NCBI GenBank assembly: GCA_951406725.2
Contig: OX597817.1
Coordinates: 17,174,001 to 17,238,000, forward strand
Source of the DNA: Octopus vulgaris
Taxonomy: Eukaryota
Length of the DNA stretch: 64,000 nucleotides
Direction of reading: 5' to 3'
Positions 13,195-25,790 of this stretch are shown one piece after another. A program made the position numbers and the translations under genes. Position 1 is the stretch's first letter, and each line of letters starts with the position of its first letter. The notes under the pieces were generated by a model. That model worked only from the letters and a program-made list of their open reading frames with translations. It was not told the origin of the DNA and searched no databases.

Positions 13195-13954
13195 CTGGAA
13201 AAGAAATGAAAAATTATTATAAATAATCTTCAAAAAATGATATCTTTAACTAATACTCAAATTTCATAACCATTCAAAAATTTAAAAAGAAAAAGTGCTA
13301 ATTCAAGTTCAGAGTAGCAAACAAAAAGTTTTCAAAAAATATATATTCATTCATTTTACATCCATTTTTCTATGTTAACATGGGTTAGACAAATATGGTA
13401 GTGATTTTTTTTTACATTCTCTACAAACAAATCATCTTGTGGCATTGCCTTCTGAAAGGTAAATGGAATAAGAAGTCCACTAATAAAAAAAAAAACAGGT
13501 AAGAGTTAGCAAAAAAGGCCACTTAGCTGTAAAAATGGGCTTGTCTAACCCATGCTAGCATGGAGAGTGTATGTAAAACAGATGAATAGAGCATTTTCAG
13601 CTGCATATGGTTTTTTTCCCTGAAACTTGAGATTCAAGACAAAAGTTTTATTTGAATTGTATCCTTTTGAAGAAGTTTTTTTTGTAGCAAATAATTAATA
13701 TAAATTACTCAAATAATATATCAAGGGCACTTATTTTGTTTGTGGCCCTTGTGCTGGTGGAACGTAAAAGCACCCACTACATTCTCGGAGTGGTTGGCAT
13801 TAGGAAGGGCATCCAGCTGTAGAAACTCTACTAGATCAAGAGTGGAGCCTGGTGCAGCCATCTGGTTCACCAGTCTTCAGTCAAATCGTCCAACCCATGC
13901 TAGCATGGAAAGCGGACGTTAAACGATGATGATGATTGTTAATTATTAAGTTAC

Positions 13955-14061
13955 CTGAGTCACTCTTTAAAACTAAGGAGATTACACCATTGTCTTTAGA
14001 TTGCATCTGAAACTGTTGGAAGCTGTCAATTACATTTTGAAGGTGATGATTGCTCTCAGAT
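13955..14061 (-). CDS. Amph: Amph linker exon, 107 nt: SESNHHLQNVIDSFQQFQMQSKDNGVISLVLKSDS(E)
   Basis: ttttatag/gtaact; phase 2 in, phase 1 out; open frame. Confidence 0.72.
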
Positions 14062-14354
14062 CTATAAAATAAAAAGGATTGAACAAAAATTATGCCAAAT
14101 AAAAGTAACGCCACCAATATAATATCAGAAATCGCATTATAATGATGATTATGCATTAATGGATATATACTGTATTTGCTGGTGTATAAGAGACACTCTC
14201 ACATAAGACAAACCCCTACTTTTTGTTAGAAAAAAATACTATTGGAAAAACAAATTTAATGTTTCATCATACGCTAGGAATTACATCTGTAATATGACTA
14301 CATTAGACACAAGGAAATTTTTGTTACATTTAAGAATAATTAAAATGTCTTATA

Positions 14355-14699
14355 GTGGTGGTGACCCCCTTCGGTCAGACACTGACCATGGGTTTGCACC
14401 TAGAGAGTTACCCTCTGAGGCACAAGTCTGGGCAAGGTTGTTTTATAGGAGACCCGCAGTCGCCCATGCATACCAACCTCCCCTCTCTACGCCACCAGTG
14501 CTATCCAAGGGAAAGGCAAGGGCCGATACAGCTTGGCACCTGTGACATCGCAACTCACTTCTACAGTTGAGTGAACTGGAGCAACGTGAAATAAAGTGTC
14601 TTGCTCAAGAACACATCACACAGCCCGGTCCGGGATTCGAGCTCACAACCTCACGATCGTAAGCTCGACGCTCTAACCACTGAGCCACGCGCCTTCACT
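14355..14699 (-). mobile_element. SINE related to family C (different tail), inserted in a Tigger-like MITE
   Basis: tRNA-like head with the same central domain; ATGTCTTA flanks. Confidence 0.8.
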
Positions 14700-14931
14700 A
14701 ATGTCTTAAAATGTCTTATACACTGGTATATATACTATGCAACCACAATATCCCCTTTTATCAGTTTCCCTAAGTCAAATTGTAGAAACTTTGGTTAGTA
14801 TTAATTTCAAGAACAAAACAGAACCACACCAACATGCTTAAACCTAGAATTGAACCAGAGACATCTAAATATTCAGAGTTATTGTGAGTATTAGCAGCAT
14901 AATTTGTATAAATCTATATTTGAATATAAAA

Positions 14932-15184
14932 ATAAATGCGCCCTTTTAAAGCCTGGCCAGGCTCATGGGCCTGGTTTCCCGGTTTCAATGGCGTATGTGT
15001 TCCCCAACTGGACGGGACACCAGTCCATTGGAGCATAACTCATTTTTGCCAGCTGAGTAGATTGGAGCAACGTGAAATGAAGTATTTTGCTCAAGAACAC
15101 AACGCGTCGCCCAGTCCAGGAATCGAAACCACAATCTTATGATCATGATGCTGACACCCTAACCACTAAGCCATGCACCTCTAC
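14932..15184 (-). mobile_element. SINE family C
   Basis: Highly similar to 12779-13024. Confidence 0.85.
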
Positions 15185-15642
15185 TAAATTTATATTTACT
15201 GACATTAAAATGAGAATATTTTGCTCACCAAACGAAATACATTAAATGATGAGTAGAGAAAAATTCAATGGAAATTAATAAGTAATTCAAAAGGTAATAG
15301 AATTGCTGTGTTTTTCTGTAGTTTAATATCTTTACTGTACACGTTATAGATTTATCTGAAATCTATACACAAATAATGGAACAGATGTATGGTAGTTTTT
15401 GTAAACACACCAAACATTTTCATCATCAGACATTTCAGGATTTGGTAAACACAAACATATAGAGACAGACAGAATGATAGACAAATAGAAAGACAGACAG
15501 ATAGATAAACAGATGAATAGACAGATAGATAGATAAGTAGACAGATAGGTTGAAAGATTGACAGATGCAGAGATATAAATAGCAAAGAGATGGATGTATA
15601 TGTGTGTATTTGTATACATGTGTGTGTGTGTGTGTGTGTGTG

Positions 15643-15650
15643 TAGGTAGG

Positions 15651-15705
<55 letters not shown>

Positions 15706-15943
15706 GATAGATAGATAGATAGGATAGATAGATAGATAGGATAGATAGATAGATAGGATAGATAGATAGGATAGGATAGATAGATAGGATAGATATATAG
15801 GATAGATAGATAGGATAGGATAGGATAGATAGGATAGGATAGATAGATAGGATAGATAGATAGGATAGATAGATAGGATAGATAGATAGATAGATAGGAT
15901 AGATAGATAGATAGATAGGATAGATAGATAGATAGATAGATAG

Positions 15944-15984
<41 letters not shown>

Positions 15985-16035
15985 GATAGATAGATAGATA
16001 GATAGATAGATAGGTAGGATAGATAGATGGATAGA
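15643..16035. repeat. (GATA)n/(GGATA) compound microsatellite
   Basis: Direct reading. Confidence 0.97.
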
Positions 16036-16212
16036 GAGGGGGAAGCAGAGAGAGAAGTGATGTGAGATTAATGCTAATATTAAATCTTCAAAAGGAAAAA
16101 AAGAAAGAGGAAATCAAATTCACTTACATACAGAATATGACTATGAAAGAAAATATAAACTGGATTTTAAACTAGCAAAAAATAGAGTTGTATAAATAGA
16201 ATATATATTTAC

Positions 16213-16295
16213 ACTGATCGTATCGTTGACTTTCTTTCAGGTAATATAAAATTTGCTGATAAAGACTCACAAATTTCAATCAAAGTTGCTGATAT
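16213..16295 (-). CDS. Amph: Amph exon at end of BAR, 83 nt: ISATLIEICESLSANFILPERKSTIRS(V)
   Basis: ttccag acceptor, gtaaat donor; phase 0 in, phase 2 out, matching both neighbours. Confidence 0.75.
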
Positions 16296-16660
16296 CTGGA
16301 AAACAATATAGAAAATTAAAAAAACAAAACAATTTTCGGTTATAAATAACTGTATTTTAAATCAACAAAAGAAACTTGTGTTTACTTGACCAGCTAGAAA
16401 TAACAGCTAAATAGCCCTCAAATCACACTTTAATTAACCTCATCATTGTCATTTAAAAGTCCCTTTTTCCATGCTTGTATGGATCAGATGGAGTTTATTG
16501 AGCGAGACTTTCTGCAGCTAGATGCCCTTCCTTTTGCTAGCCCTCACCCTGTTTCCAAGCAAAGTAATATTTCCCTGTGGCCACACACATTCTCACAGAA
16601 ACTGAAAATGAACTACCATGTTATGTCAAGACAAGGAAAACACACACACACATATATGAA

Positions 16661-16890
16661 GGCGGCGAGCTGGCAGAAACATTAGCACGCTGGGCGAAAT
16701 GCGTGGCCGTATTTCGTCTGCTGTTACGTTCTGAGTTCAAATTCCGCCGAGGTCGACTTTGCCTTTCATCCTTTCGGGGTCGATAAATTAAGTACCAGTT
16801 GCGCACTGGGGTCGTTGTAATCGACTTAATCCCTTTGTCTGTCCTTGTTTGTCCTCTCTGTGTTTAGCCCCTTCTGGGTAGTAAAGAAAT
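16661..16890 (+). mobile_element. SINE family B
   Basis: Same family. Confidence 0.88.
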
Positions 16891-17056
16891 ATATATGATG
16901 GTCATCTTTCAGTTTCTAACAACCAAATCCATCAAAAGGCTTTAGTTGGCCCGAGGCTATAATAGAAAACACTTGTCCAAAGTGCCACACAGTGGGATTG
17001 AATCTAGAACCCTGTGGTTGGGAAGCAAACTTCTTACCACACAACCATATCTCCAC

Positions 17057-17059
<3 letters not shown>

Positions 17060-17117
<58 letters not shown>
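17060..17117. repeat. (AAT)n microsatellite
   Basis: Direct reading. Confidence 0.95.
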
Positions 17118-17689
17118 TGGTGTTAGGAAGGGCATCCAGCTGTAGAAACTTGGCCAGATCAGATTGGCACCTGTGCAGCCTTCTGGCTTGCTAGCTCTCA
17201 GTCAAACCATCCAATCCATGCCAGCATGGAATGTGGACGTTAAATGATGATGATGAATGAAATTATTGTGAATACTGTTGAGGTGTGCCACAACTCATCA
17301 AAGGTGCATGTACAGTACATAGAATTATGTACAAAAGTCAGGAAAGTGAAGAGTGTATGAGTCATGATATACATGTGTGCATACATACAGAGGCGGGGAT
17401 ATCAGGTGTAGTGTTGGCGAATTTCAGGAAGCATGGTGGTTTTAAAGGATGCAATGTTTCGGCAACTAACAATTGATGCTTCAGTAACTCTTGAGTGTGA
17501 AAAAATATTTCCAAAAGTTAAGGGAGCTGTGTTGTTTTCTGACTTTGTAGGCATGTCCAGGTGTGTTAGACACACGGAACTCAAAAAGGTGTTCAAGGTG
17601 GTTGTTGACATGATGGTTAATAATTTTGTGAGTGTTTACCAAGTCAGTTGCCAGACATCGGAGCTTCAGTCTATCTATGCCCGGGGAAG

Positions 17690-18590
17690 CACGGCGTTCA
17701 GAGTATGGTAGATGCTCAATGGAGGGTATTCACTTGGTTGCACATCTCTGAATAGTTTCCAGGAGATCAATGTCCTGAGCAACATAAGGGTTCCAAACTG
17801 GTGATGCAAATTCCAAGCGTGGCCGCACCATAGCCATATACAACTTTAAATAGATAGCTGGAGAGCGGCTGACAAAGGTCTTGCTGAGTGATACCAAGAC
17901 ACCCTCGGCCTTCTTGACAATTTTAGAAAAGTGCTTTGTCCAGTGCAAATCGCTGTTGACAGTAAATGCTCAGGTCATGTTCACAAGACTTCTTGATATT
18001 AGTTTTGTGGAGAGAGTATGTGGACACTGGATTTTTCCTACCAAAATGCATAGTGATACACTTGTCCACAACCAGTTTGAGTTGCCAGTCCATGATCCAT
18101 TGTTGCATTGTCTCCAAGTCCAATTGCAGGAAAGATCTATAGTGTTCAGGATCTGTCCTTTTTATCTCAAGGTACAGCTTGATGTCTGCATATTTCAGCA
18201 CTGTGGCATTCTTTAAGTTGACATTTATGTCATTAATATATGCAACAAACAAAAGGGACCAAGAACAGATCCCTGCAGTACACCAGATGACATCTCATAG
18301 GGTGAAGAATGCTGTCTTAGAACCGCAACTACCTCTTTTTGACAGAGAATGAAGGACTCCAACCAGTTAAAAAGATCAGTTTTCACACCCATTGCAGAGA
18401 GTTTTGCCATAAGTCTTTTGTGTGGCACAGAATTAAAAGCTTTAGCAAAGTCAAGGTAAACAACATCCACTCATGAGCCACGATCAGCGACCCAAGTTAT
18501 GTCTTCAAGAAACTCAATAAGTTGATCCTAGCTTTTATCACCTTAGGAAAAAAGGACACATTAGATAAATGTGTTTCAAGATGTCCCCAC
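17690..18590 (-). mobile_element. Degraded CR1-like LINE RT fragment
   Basis: 'DVVYLDFAKAFNSVPHKRL', 'SGVLQGSVLGP', 'KYAD-IKLY', 'VRPRLEFASPVWNPY'. Confidence 0.88.
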
Positions 18591-19700
18591 AAAGAGAGGA
18601 TGATCAAGGCTGGAATAGCTTTGATCATAAACTTGCTCCACCAGAGTTGACCTGTGGCTACAATATAAACATATTTTAAAATTATAGATAAGAGTACTTT
18701 CAGTGGTAAAAATGTCAATTGTTTGACCTTTTATAATGAGAAGTACTCATTACTTGATCAATAACACTATTCACTTCAGGAGGTGGGGTAACTGGAGATG
18801 TGTTGTATACACCTTTGCTAAAGGCCTAAGTGAAATAACTATTACTGAGAGTCAAACTTGATTCGTCAGCTGATTGTCATCTATATCAAGGAGCTTGTAG
18901 ATGAAAATGTACATTTTTTTTATATCGTTTATCTTTTTTTATTTGTTTCAATCATAGGAGTGCAGTCATGCAGGAACAATATCTTGAAGGATTTGATGAA
19001 ACAGATATCAACCCCAGTAATTATTTCAAGTCTGGCACTAATTCAACTGACCTCTTTTGCCGAACCACTAAGTTACAGAGACATAAACAAACACAGATTA
19101 TCAGGTGGAAGGGACACACACACACACAACAGGCTTCCATACAGTTTCTGTCTACCAAATTCACCCATAAAACATTAGCCAGCACTTCTTCAAGGTACTG
19201 TGCAGTGGGACTGGTCTTGAAACCATGTGGTTGCAAAGCAAGCTTCTTAACCAAACACCCATGCCAGTACCTATAATGGTACATATGTTTTTTTTTTATC
19301 CTTTACTAAAATTTTCTAGGTTTCAGTTATTTTTCTTCTTTCAAAATTCATAGCCCTTTTCCATCCATACTAACATCCATCCTTTCATTTACAGGGTTTG
19401 CGAGACTAGTAGAAGGCAGGGGCCAGGAAATATATATTCTCAAACCAAAGACAACATGAGTAGACCACAACATGATTTGAACTCAAAATGTAGAGAGTCA
19501 GAACAAACGACACAAGGCATCCAATCTGAGACTAACAGTTTTGCTAATCCATTACCTTGGATTAGTACTTTTTTTTTATGAACTCCAAGAAGAAAGGTAA
19601 AGTTAACTTTGGCAAGATTTGAACTCAGAGCAGAGAGAGTTGGACCAGTATTGCAAATCATTCTAGTCAACAGTCTATGAATTCAGCCAATTTATCACCT

Positions 19701-19932
19701 TTAACCTTTTAGCTTTCGGATTTCTCTGTCAAATGTAATGCTTATTCATTCACATTGTTTTGAATTAACCATGTATTATCCTGTGCCTTTGAGATAACAG
19801 TGATGTGATGAGTGTTCATTTTTAGAATATTTTTAGAATGAATAGGTGTGTGAGCCAGGTTTGGCCAGTTTGAACATTAAACAAGTAGAATATTTTGGCA
19901 GGATATGGCTGGTTTAAATGCTAAAGGGTTAA
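19701..19932. mobile_element. piggyBac-like MITE
   Basis: TTAA-CCTTTTAGC...GCTAAAGGG-TTAA. Confidence 0.75.
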
Positions 19933-20566
19933 ACTGCTTTGTGCAATAGAGAGATAAATACTTTTGAAATTATACCTTAAATTCCAATAAAATTTCCATA
20001 TGAAATTTCTAACAGGAGGCTAAGACATTAAGGTGGAAAAATTATGGATAATATAAAATAATATCCATTTAGGAATTGCACCATAGCTTTGATCAAAACT
20101 ATTTATTTCAGTGTGTATATCTTAAAGCTCTAGATCAGCATTGATCACACAGACCTGCATTCAAATGAGGTTTGACAATTCTAGAAATATTAAGAAAAAT
20201 TAATGTCATTTTTGGAATGGAAAATAGCAAAGTCTACGCAATCAATGATATAATGTCATGCTACCCTGGGTTGAATATAATCGATAAAATAAGGACTTGT
20301 TAACTAAATCTAAACCTTACTTTGGCCAGGGATATAGAATGCTGCTGGTTGAATTGATGCTTATGGATTACTGTACTTATGGATTCTCATAAGATTTAAA
20401 CTCAACTAAGAACACAGAGGGAGAAAACTAAATCAATGAGAGAATTGTTGTTAATATGGACTGGACAGGTCTATGAGTTTTAAAGGGATAAGAAAAAGTG
20501 AAACTTAGAAAAGTTTTGTTTCAATTAAAAGAAAAAAAAATGAAATGAAAGGATACTATTACTTAC

Positions 20567-20642
20567 ATTTCCTTGTTCTGAATGAAAGGCTTTTTCTGCA
20601 GCAAACAGGTTTTGGAATGATTGGGAATAAAACGGTACCCGT
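20567..20642 (-). CDS. Amph: Amph BAR exon, 76 nt: RVPFYSQSFQNLFAAEKAFHSEQGN
   Basis: tttcag/gtaagt; phase 2 in, phase 0 out; resembles BIN1 '[20 protein letters not shown]'. Confidence 0.93.
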
Positions 20643-21529
20643 CTGAAATAACAAATTGAAATTATTACAGCCTTTGGAACTTACTCTATTAGTTCTTTTG
20701 ACTAACTGCTAAACTATGGAGATCTAAAGGCACCAACACTGGTTGTCAAGCAGTGTGGAGAACAAACACAAACATACACACACATTATACACACAATGGG
20801 CTTGTACACTGTTTTCATCAAACAAATTCACTCACAAGGTATTGATCAACCCAAGGTTATTATAGAAGACACCTTCCTAAGGTGTCATGCAGTGGGACTA
20901 ATCCTAAAACCAAGTGGTTACAAAGTGAGCTCCTTAACCATAGAGTCATGGCTGCAGTATAAGAAATGTAGGTAAGATAAGCAGTTCACTTATAAAGTGT
21001 TAAAATAATTATTATCAAGGTGAGGTTATGAGACCTGGTGAGTGAATTACAGCATATTTGAGAGTAATTAGAGCATATAAATATTTAACAGATGAGCGTT
21101 ACTGCTAATTAAATTCCTTCTTCTCATCATTCCATTAACTTTAATCTTATAGTGGGAATTTAGGAATATTCAATTAATGTCTCAGACAAGATTTATATCA
21201 TAAGACAAGATTCCAATATTGCTTGTTTTTAAATATAACAATGAAGATTTGATTACTACAGTGGGCAGGTAGATTAGATACAGCAATAAATGCTCTGATC
21301 CCTCACAAGTATCAGGGTGGTTGTAATACTTATTAGAGGCATTAAGTTCAAAATTTCATTCTTCTGGGATGAAACTTGAAGTTAAAATAAGCATCACTCA
21401 AGTACTGTGGTTGATACAATCAACCCTACTCGTTTCTCAAATTTAAGACCTTGTGCTCGTGTTAACAACCAATATTTACTGAAAGTAAAGTTATAAATAG
21501 TTTTAAGATATAAGAAAATATCAACTTAC

Positions 21530-21615
21530 TTGTCATAAAACTCTGGAAGTTCAACTTGTAGCTCATTATTAATATCATCAAACACTTTTTTGGCTTCTGT
21601 AAACTCTTCTTGTGC
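21530..21615 (-). CDS. Amph: Amph BAR exon, 86 nt: AQEEFTEAKKVFDDINNELQVELPEFYD(K)
   Basis: tttag/gtaagt; resembles BIN1 '[27 protein letters not shown]'. Confidence 0.95.
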
Positions 21616-22051
21616 CTAAATGAAGGGAAAGAAATATTTTCAGCAATTAACAAGAAAGAGATAAGATAATTTTATAATTTTTTATATTAATTTATCCCAT
21701 ACACAAGTAAAATAAAACAGTAATTTATGAGTAAAAGAAAGAACTTCCACATGGTCATTTACGCTGCTCAAAATAGCAGCCAAGTCTCCCTCAAATCATA
21801 ACTTCTTTCAAAAAAGGTATGCATTACATTATGTAGGTCTAGATACAATATGTCTGAAATTAAGATGGTTATCCACAGCTGGAATAACTTTGACCAAAGA
21901 TCTACTCATTCAGGGTTGACCAAGGGTTTACACAACAACAATAACAAAGTAATTTGCTAAATCAGAATCAACATTTCTCTTCCAAGTGAGACAGCTGCAT
22001 AAAGTCTTAACAAAGAGTAAGTTAGCCTGTTTATCTAGCATTTGCTTAAAT

Positions 22052-22314
22052 CAGTGATTTTCAACCATAATTTACCTATGGACCCCTTTAATTCCTATTT
22101 TACTTGGAAGTTCCTCACAGCTATCTGACGTTTAAAAAACCCTATTATATTTTTTAATTATATATTACTAGGAATTTTATAAGAAAATTGTTAAAATATT
22201 GTGTATTGTAGATGTATAACCAATTTATTGCACATAAATTTTTTTTAAATCTTATATGAACCCCCAAGGGTTATATGGACCCCAAGGGTCATATGGATCC
22301 CAGTTGAGAACCAG
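22052..22314. mobile_element. hAT-like MITE
   Basis: CAGTGATTTTCAACC...GTTGAGAACCAG ends; 8-bp near-TSD (G/A)CTTAAAT. Confidence 0.65.
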
Positions 22315-22479
22315 ACTTAAATGAAGATGACCTCTGACAGATTATCATGTTTTGTAGTTTGGTGGTTGCTGAGAAAACAAGGTGTAGATGAGTTGCTTGT
22401 GAGAGTCACACAAGCCATGTAGAGTGGTAATGTGAGAGTTAATAAAGTGCTCAGCAAGGAATTTAGCATGTAGGAACTG

Positions 22480-22960
22480 GAGAATTGTAAGAAGTAGGTG
22501 GAGTGGGGGCTCAGTTCTCAGACCCCATCCCACCTGTGTATTACAGTTTTCCAATCCATAACCAACAAGTTTAATAGTAGCTATCTGTGGGAAGTTCTGT
22601 GTGCTGATGACACACTTATAGCTGAATCTGGGGTAAGCATGCTCTGCAGGATGTATAATATTAGAACAGATACACAACATAGCACAAATGAACTTAGAGA
22701 AGAAGTGGGTAAAAGAATCAGATGTATCTGGCATGAGAGAAGACTGAGCTGGTACAGAGATATGATGCATATGGAGGATGAAAGATTGGTAAAGAAGTAT
22801 CAAGAATTTGAAATACATAGAACTGGCAGGAGAGGAAGATAGACAGACATGGAAAGAAATGGTGAAAGTTGATCCCAGGTGGTTGAATCTCATGCAGGGG
22901 AAGACAAAGGACTACAGCAACTAGTGAGATATTTGTGTACAAAAGAACAGACATATGGTG
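22480..22960 (+). mobile_element. Highly degraded RTE fragment
   Basis: 'WEVLCADDTLIAES' and 'ERRLSWY' remnants. Confidence 0.7.
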
Positions 22961-23039
22961 ACAAGGTCCTAGACAGATACACTATTTATGAAACATAAAA
23001 CTGGTAGCGGAAACTATCAACTACTTCTAGTTTCTCCCA

Positions 23040-23446
23040 TCGAAATAAATATCAATGGAAATAGTAGTTGGGATACCTGTGCCGGTGGCACATAAAAAGC
23101 ACCATCCGAACGTGGCCAATGCCAGCACCGCCTCGATTGGCTTCCGTGCCGGTGGCACATAAAAAGCACCATCCAAACGTGGCTGATGCCAGTGCCGCCT
23201 TGACTGGCTTCCGTGCCGCTGGCACGTTAAAAGCACCAACCGATCGTGGCCGATGCCAGACTCCCCTGGCACCTGTGCCAGTGGCACGTAAAAAGCACCC
23301 ACTACACCCGTGGAGTAGTTGGCGTTAGGAAGGGCATCCAGCTGTAGAAACACTGCCAGATCAGACTGGAGCCTGGTGCAGTCCCCGGTCGAACCATCCA
23401 ACCCGTGCTAGCGTGGAAAACGGACGTTAAACAATGATGATGATGA
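23040..23446 (+). mobile_element. RTE 3'-UTR fragment
   Basis: Matches the RTE 3' UTR. Confidence 0.85.
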
Positions 23447-24364
23447 AAACTGGATGGTCAAAGCAGGAATGCCTTTGATCCTAGATTTGTTCAATCAGAA
23501 CAAACTTGGAGCTAAACAACAACAAAGCAAATAAAAAAAGGTGTCTATCAACAATAAAATAAACAGAAAAGAAAACACAAACTTCACTATGAATTTCACA
23601 TTGATATAAAAAGAAAATACAATAAAACATTTAAATAAAAGAGTGTCTGGAAGACAAGAATTTAAACACCATCACTGATATTAAGATAAGCTATATATCT
23701 GAAATTTGCCCTAATTTAGCTGGGTGACTTCTATTTCCAACCACATTATAGTTGACTGGTTGGCTTTCAAAAGAAAATCAAGCTATGAAACTTTGTTTCA
23801 ACAATCAAAGCAAAGTAATGCAATTTCCAGAACCATCACAATCTCTGTTACTATGGAAATATTAATGTGTGTGTATGAGAAAGAAATTGAAAGAGACAGT
23901 GAGTGGGTGAGTGATAAACAATGAAAGCTAGACAGGGAATGAAAAATAGAATGAAGGTAAGAAAGTTATTTGGGTAAGTCAGTCGGGTATCAGTCTGCCC
24001 ACATAAAGGTCTATGATTTACAAACAACTGGTGTGTCCCTCAAAAACAATCTCAGTGCCTCAGTCCACATACATAACATAATAAGGTTCAGTTCAGTGTT
24101 GTCATCTTCCTCATCATTTAACATCCGTCTTCCATGCTGACATGAGTTGGACGGTTTGACTGAAAACTGGTAAGCCGTACCAGGCTCCAATCTTACTTGG
24201 CATGGTTTCTATGGCTCGATGCCCTTCCTAACACCAACTACTCCAAGAGTGTAGTCCGTGCCCTTTACGTGCCACTAGCATTGGTACTAGTTATGTAACA
24301 CCTGCATCAGCCATGACTATGATTTCACTTGACTTGACAGGTCTTCTCAAGCATGGTATACTCT

Positions 24365-24768
24365 TTTCTACTCTAGACACAAGGCCTGAAATTTTGGGGG
24401 AGCGAGGCAGTCAATTAGCTCGACCCCCAGGACGCCACTTGTACTTAATTTATTGACCCCGAAAGGATGAAAGGCAAAGAGAACCTCAGCAGAATTTGAA
24501 CTCACAACGTAAAGACAAACGAAGTACCACTAAGCATTTCACCTGGCGTGTTAAACGTTCACATGCCGGGTGAAATGCTTAGTAGTATTTCGTTTGCTGT
24601 TACGTTCTGAGTTCAAATTCCACCTCGGTTGACTTTGCCTTTCATCCTTTTGGAGTCGATAAATTAAGTGCCAGTTACACACTGGGGTCGATGTAATCGA
24701 CTTAATCCCTTTGTCTGTCCTTGTTTGTCCCCTCTATGTTTAGCCCCTTGTGGGCAATAAAGAAATAA
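24365..24768. mobile_element. Two family-B SINEs joined head-to-head
   Basis: Minus copy 24365-24555, plus copy 24560-24768. Confidence 0.85.
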
Positions 24769-24789
24769 GAGAGGTAGAAGCTCTCTGAA

Positions 24790-25790
24790 CTTTGCCCAGC
24801 TTATTTTTATTCTAGCTTCCACCTCCACTACTGACTTGGTCACCTACATAACAGAAGCTATCAACTACTAGTTTTCCTCCTTGGCATTTGATAGAGTCTA
24901 TTTTCTGGACATTTTTAGTGTTAATTGTACCTGTGCACCTTCCACACAAAAACTATTTTCCCTATTAACCTTCCTTTGATATTACTGCACCTCTTATGTG
25001 TCCATAGCTTGCATCAAGTATATCCTATGGAATTTCCACCTATACCTTTTCTACAGATCAAACAGGGCCATCTACCTGAAGGCATTTATGATTTGTTTGC
25101 TCCCCTACTTACTACAACTTTGTTGTTTGCTAGATTAACTCTAAGGCCCTTTGATTCTAGACCTTGCTTCCATGCCTGAAATTTCTTCTCTAGTTCTGGT
25201 AGTAATTCGGCTATAAGAACAAGGTCATCAGCATAGAGAAGCTCCCAGGGGCAGCCCATCTCAAATTCCTCTGCTATTTCCTAGAGGACTACTATGACCA
25301 AGAGGGGGTTGAGGACTGATCCTTGGTGGACTCCTACTTGTACCCTGAATTCATTGCAATGCTTGTTGCTAACCTTCACCTTACTGACAGCATCCCTGTA
25401 CATGGCTTATACAACTCTCACCGACCACTCATCTATCCCTGGCTTCTGCATTGACCATCCAATAAAGGAATGAAGGATTCTGTCAAAGGCTTTCTCCATG
25501 TCGACAAAATCCAAGTACAGGGGTTCATTTTTGGATAGATAATTATCTTGATGTTGCCTAACAAGGAATATAGCTTTAGCCGTGCTCCTGCCTGGCACAT
25601 CTCATCTACACTAACTCTCTTCTTAATTAATTGAGCTATGACCATTTCTTTGACTTTCATCACCTGGTCCAGCAATTTGATGCCTCTGTAATTATTCCTG
25701 TCAAAAGCATCACTTTTGCCTTTGTAGCAGTTGACTATAATGCTGCTATACCAATCATTGGGTATGACTCCCTCATGGACGATCTAATTA
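24790..25790 (-). mobile_element. Degraded RTE LINE fragment (RT region)
   Basis: ORF pieces such as 'FVDMEKAFDRI' and 'LDQVMKV' match the element at 56316-57890. Confidence 0.9.

Noticed and set aside
16265-16270. Internal GTGAGT donor in the 83-nt exon
   Set aside because: It gives phase 1, incompatible with the next exon; it would fit only if the 107-nt exon were skipped, and it would truncate the BAR end. No evidence without transcripts.
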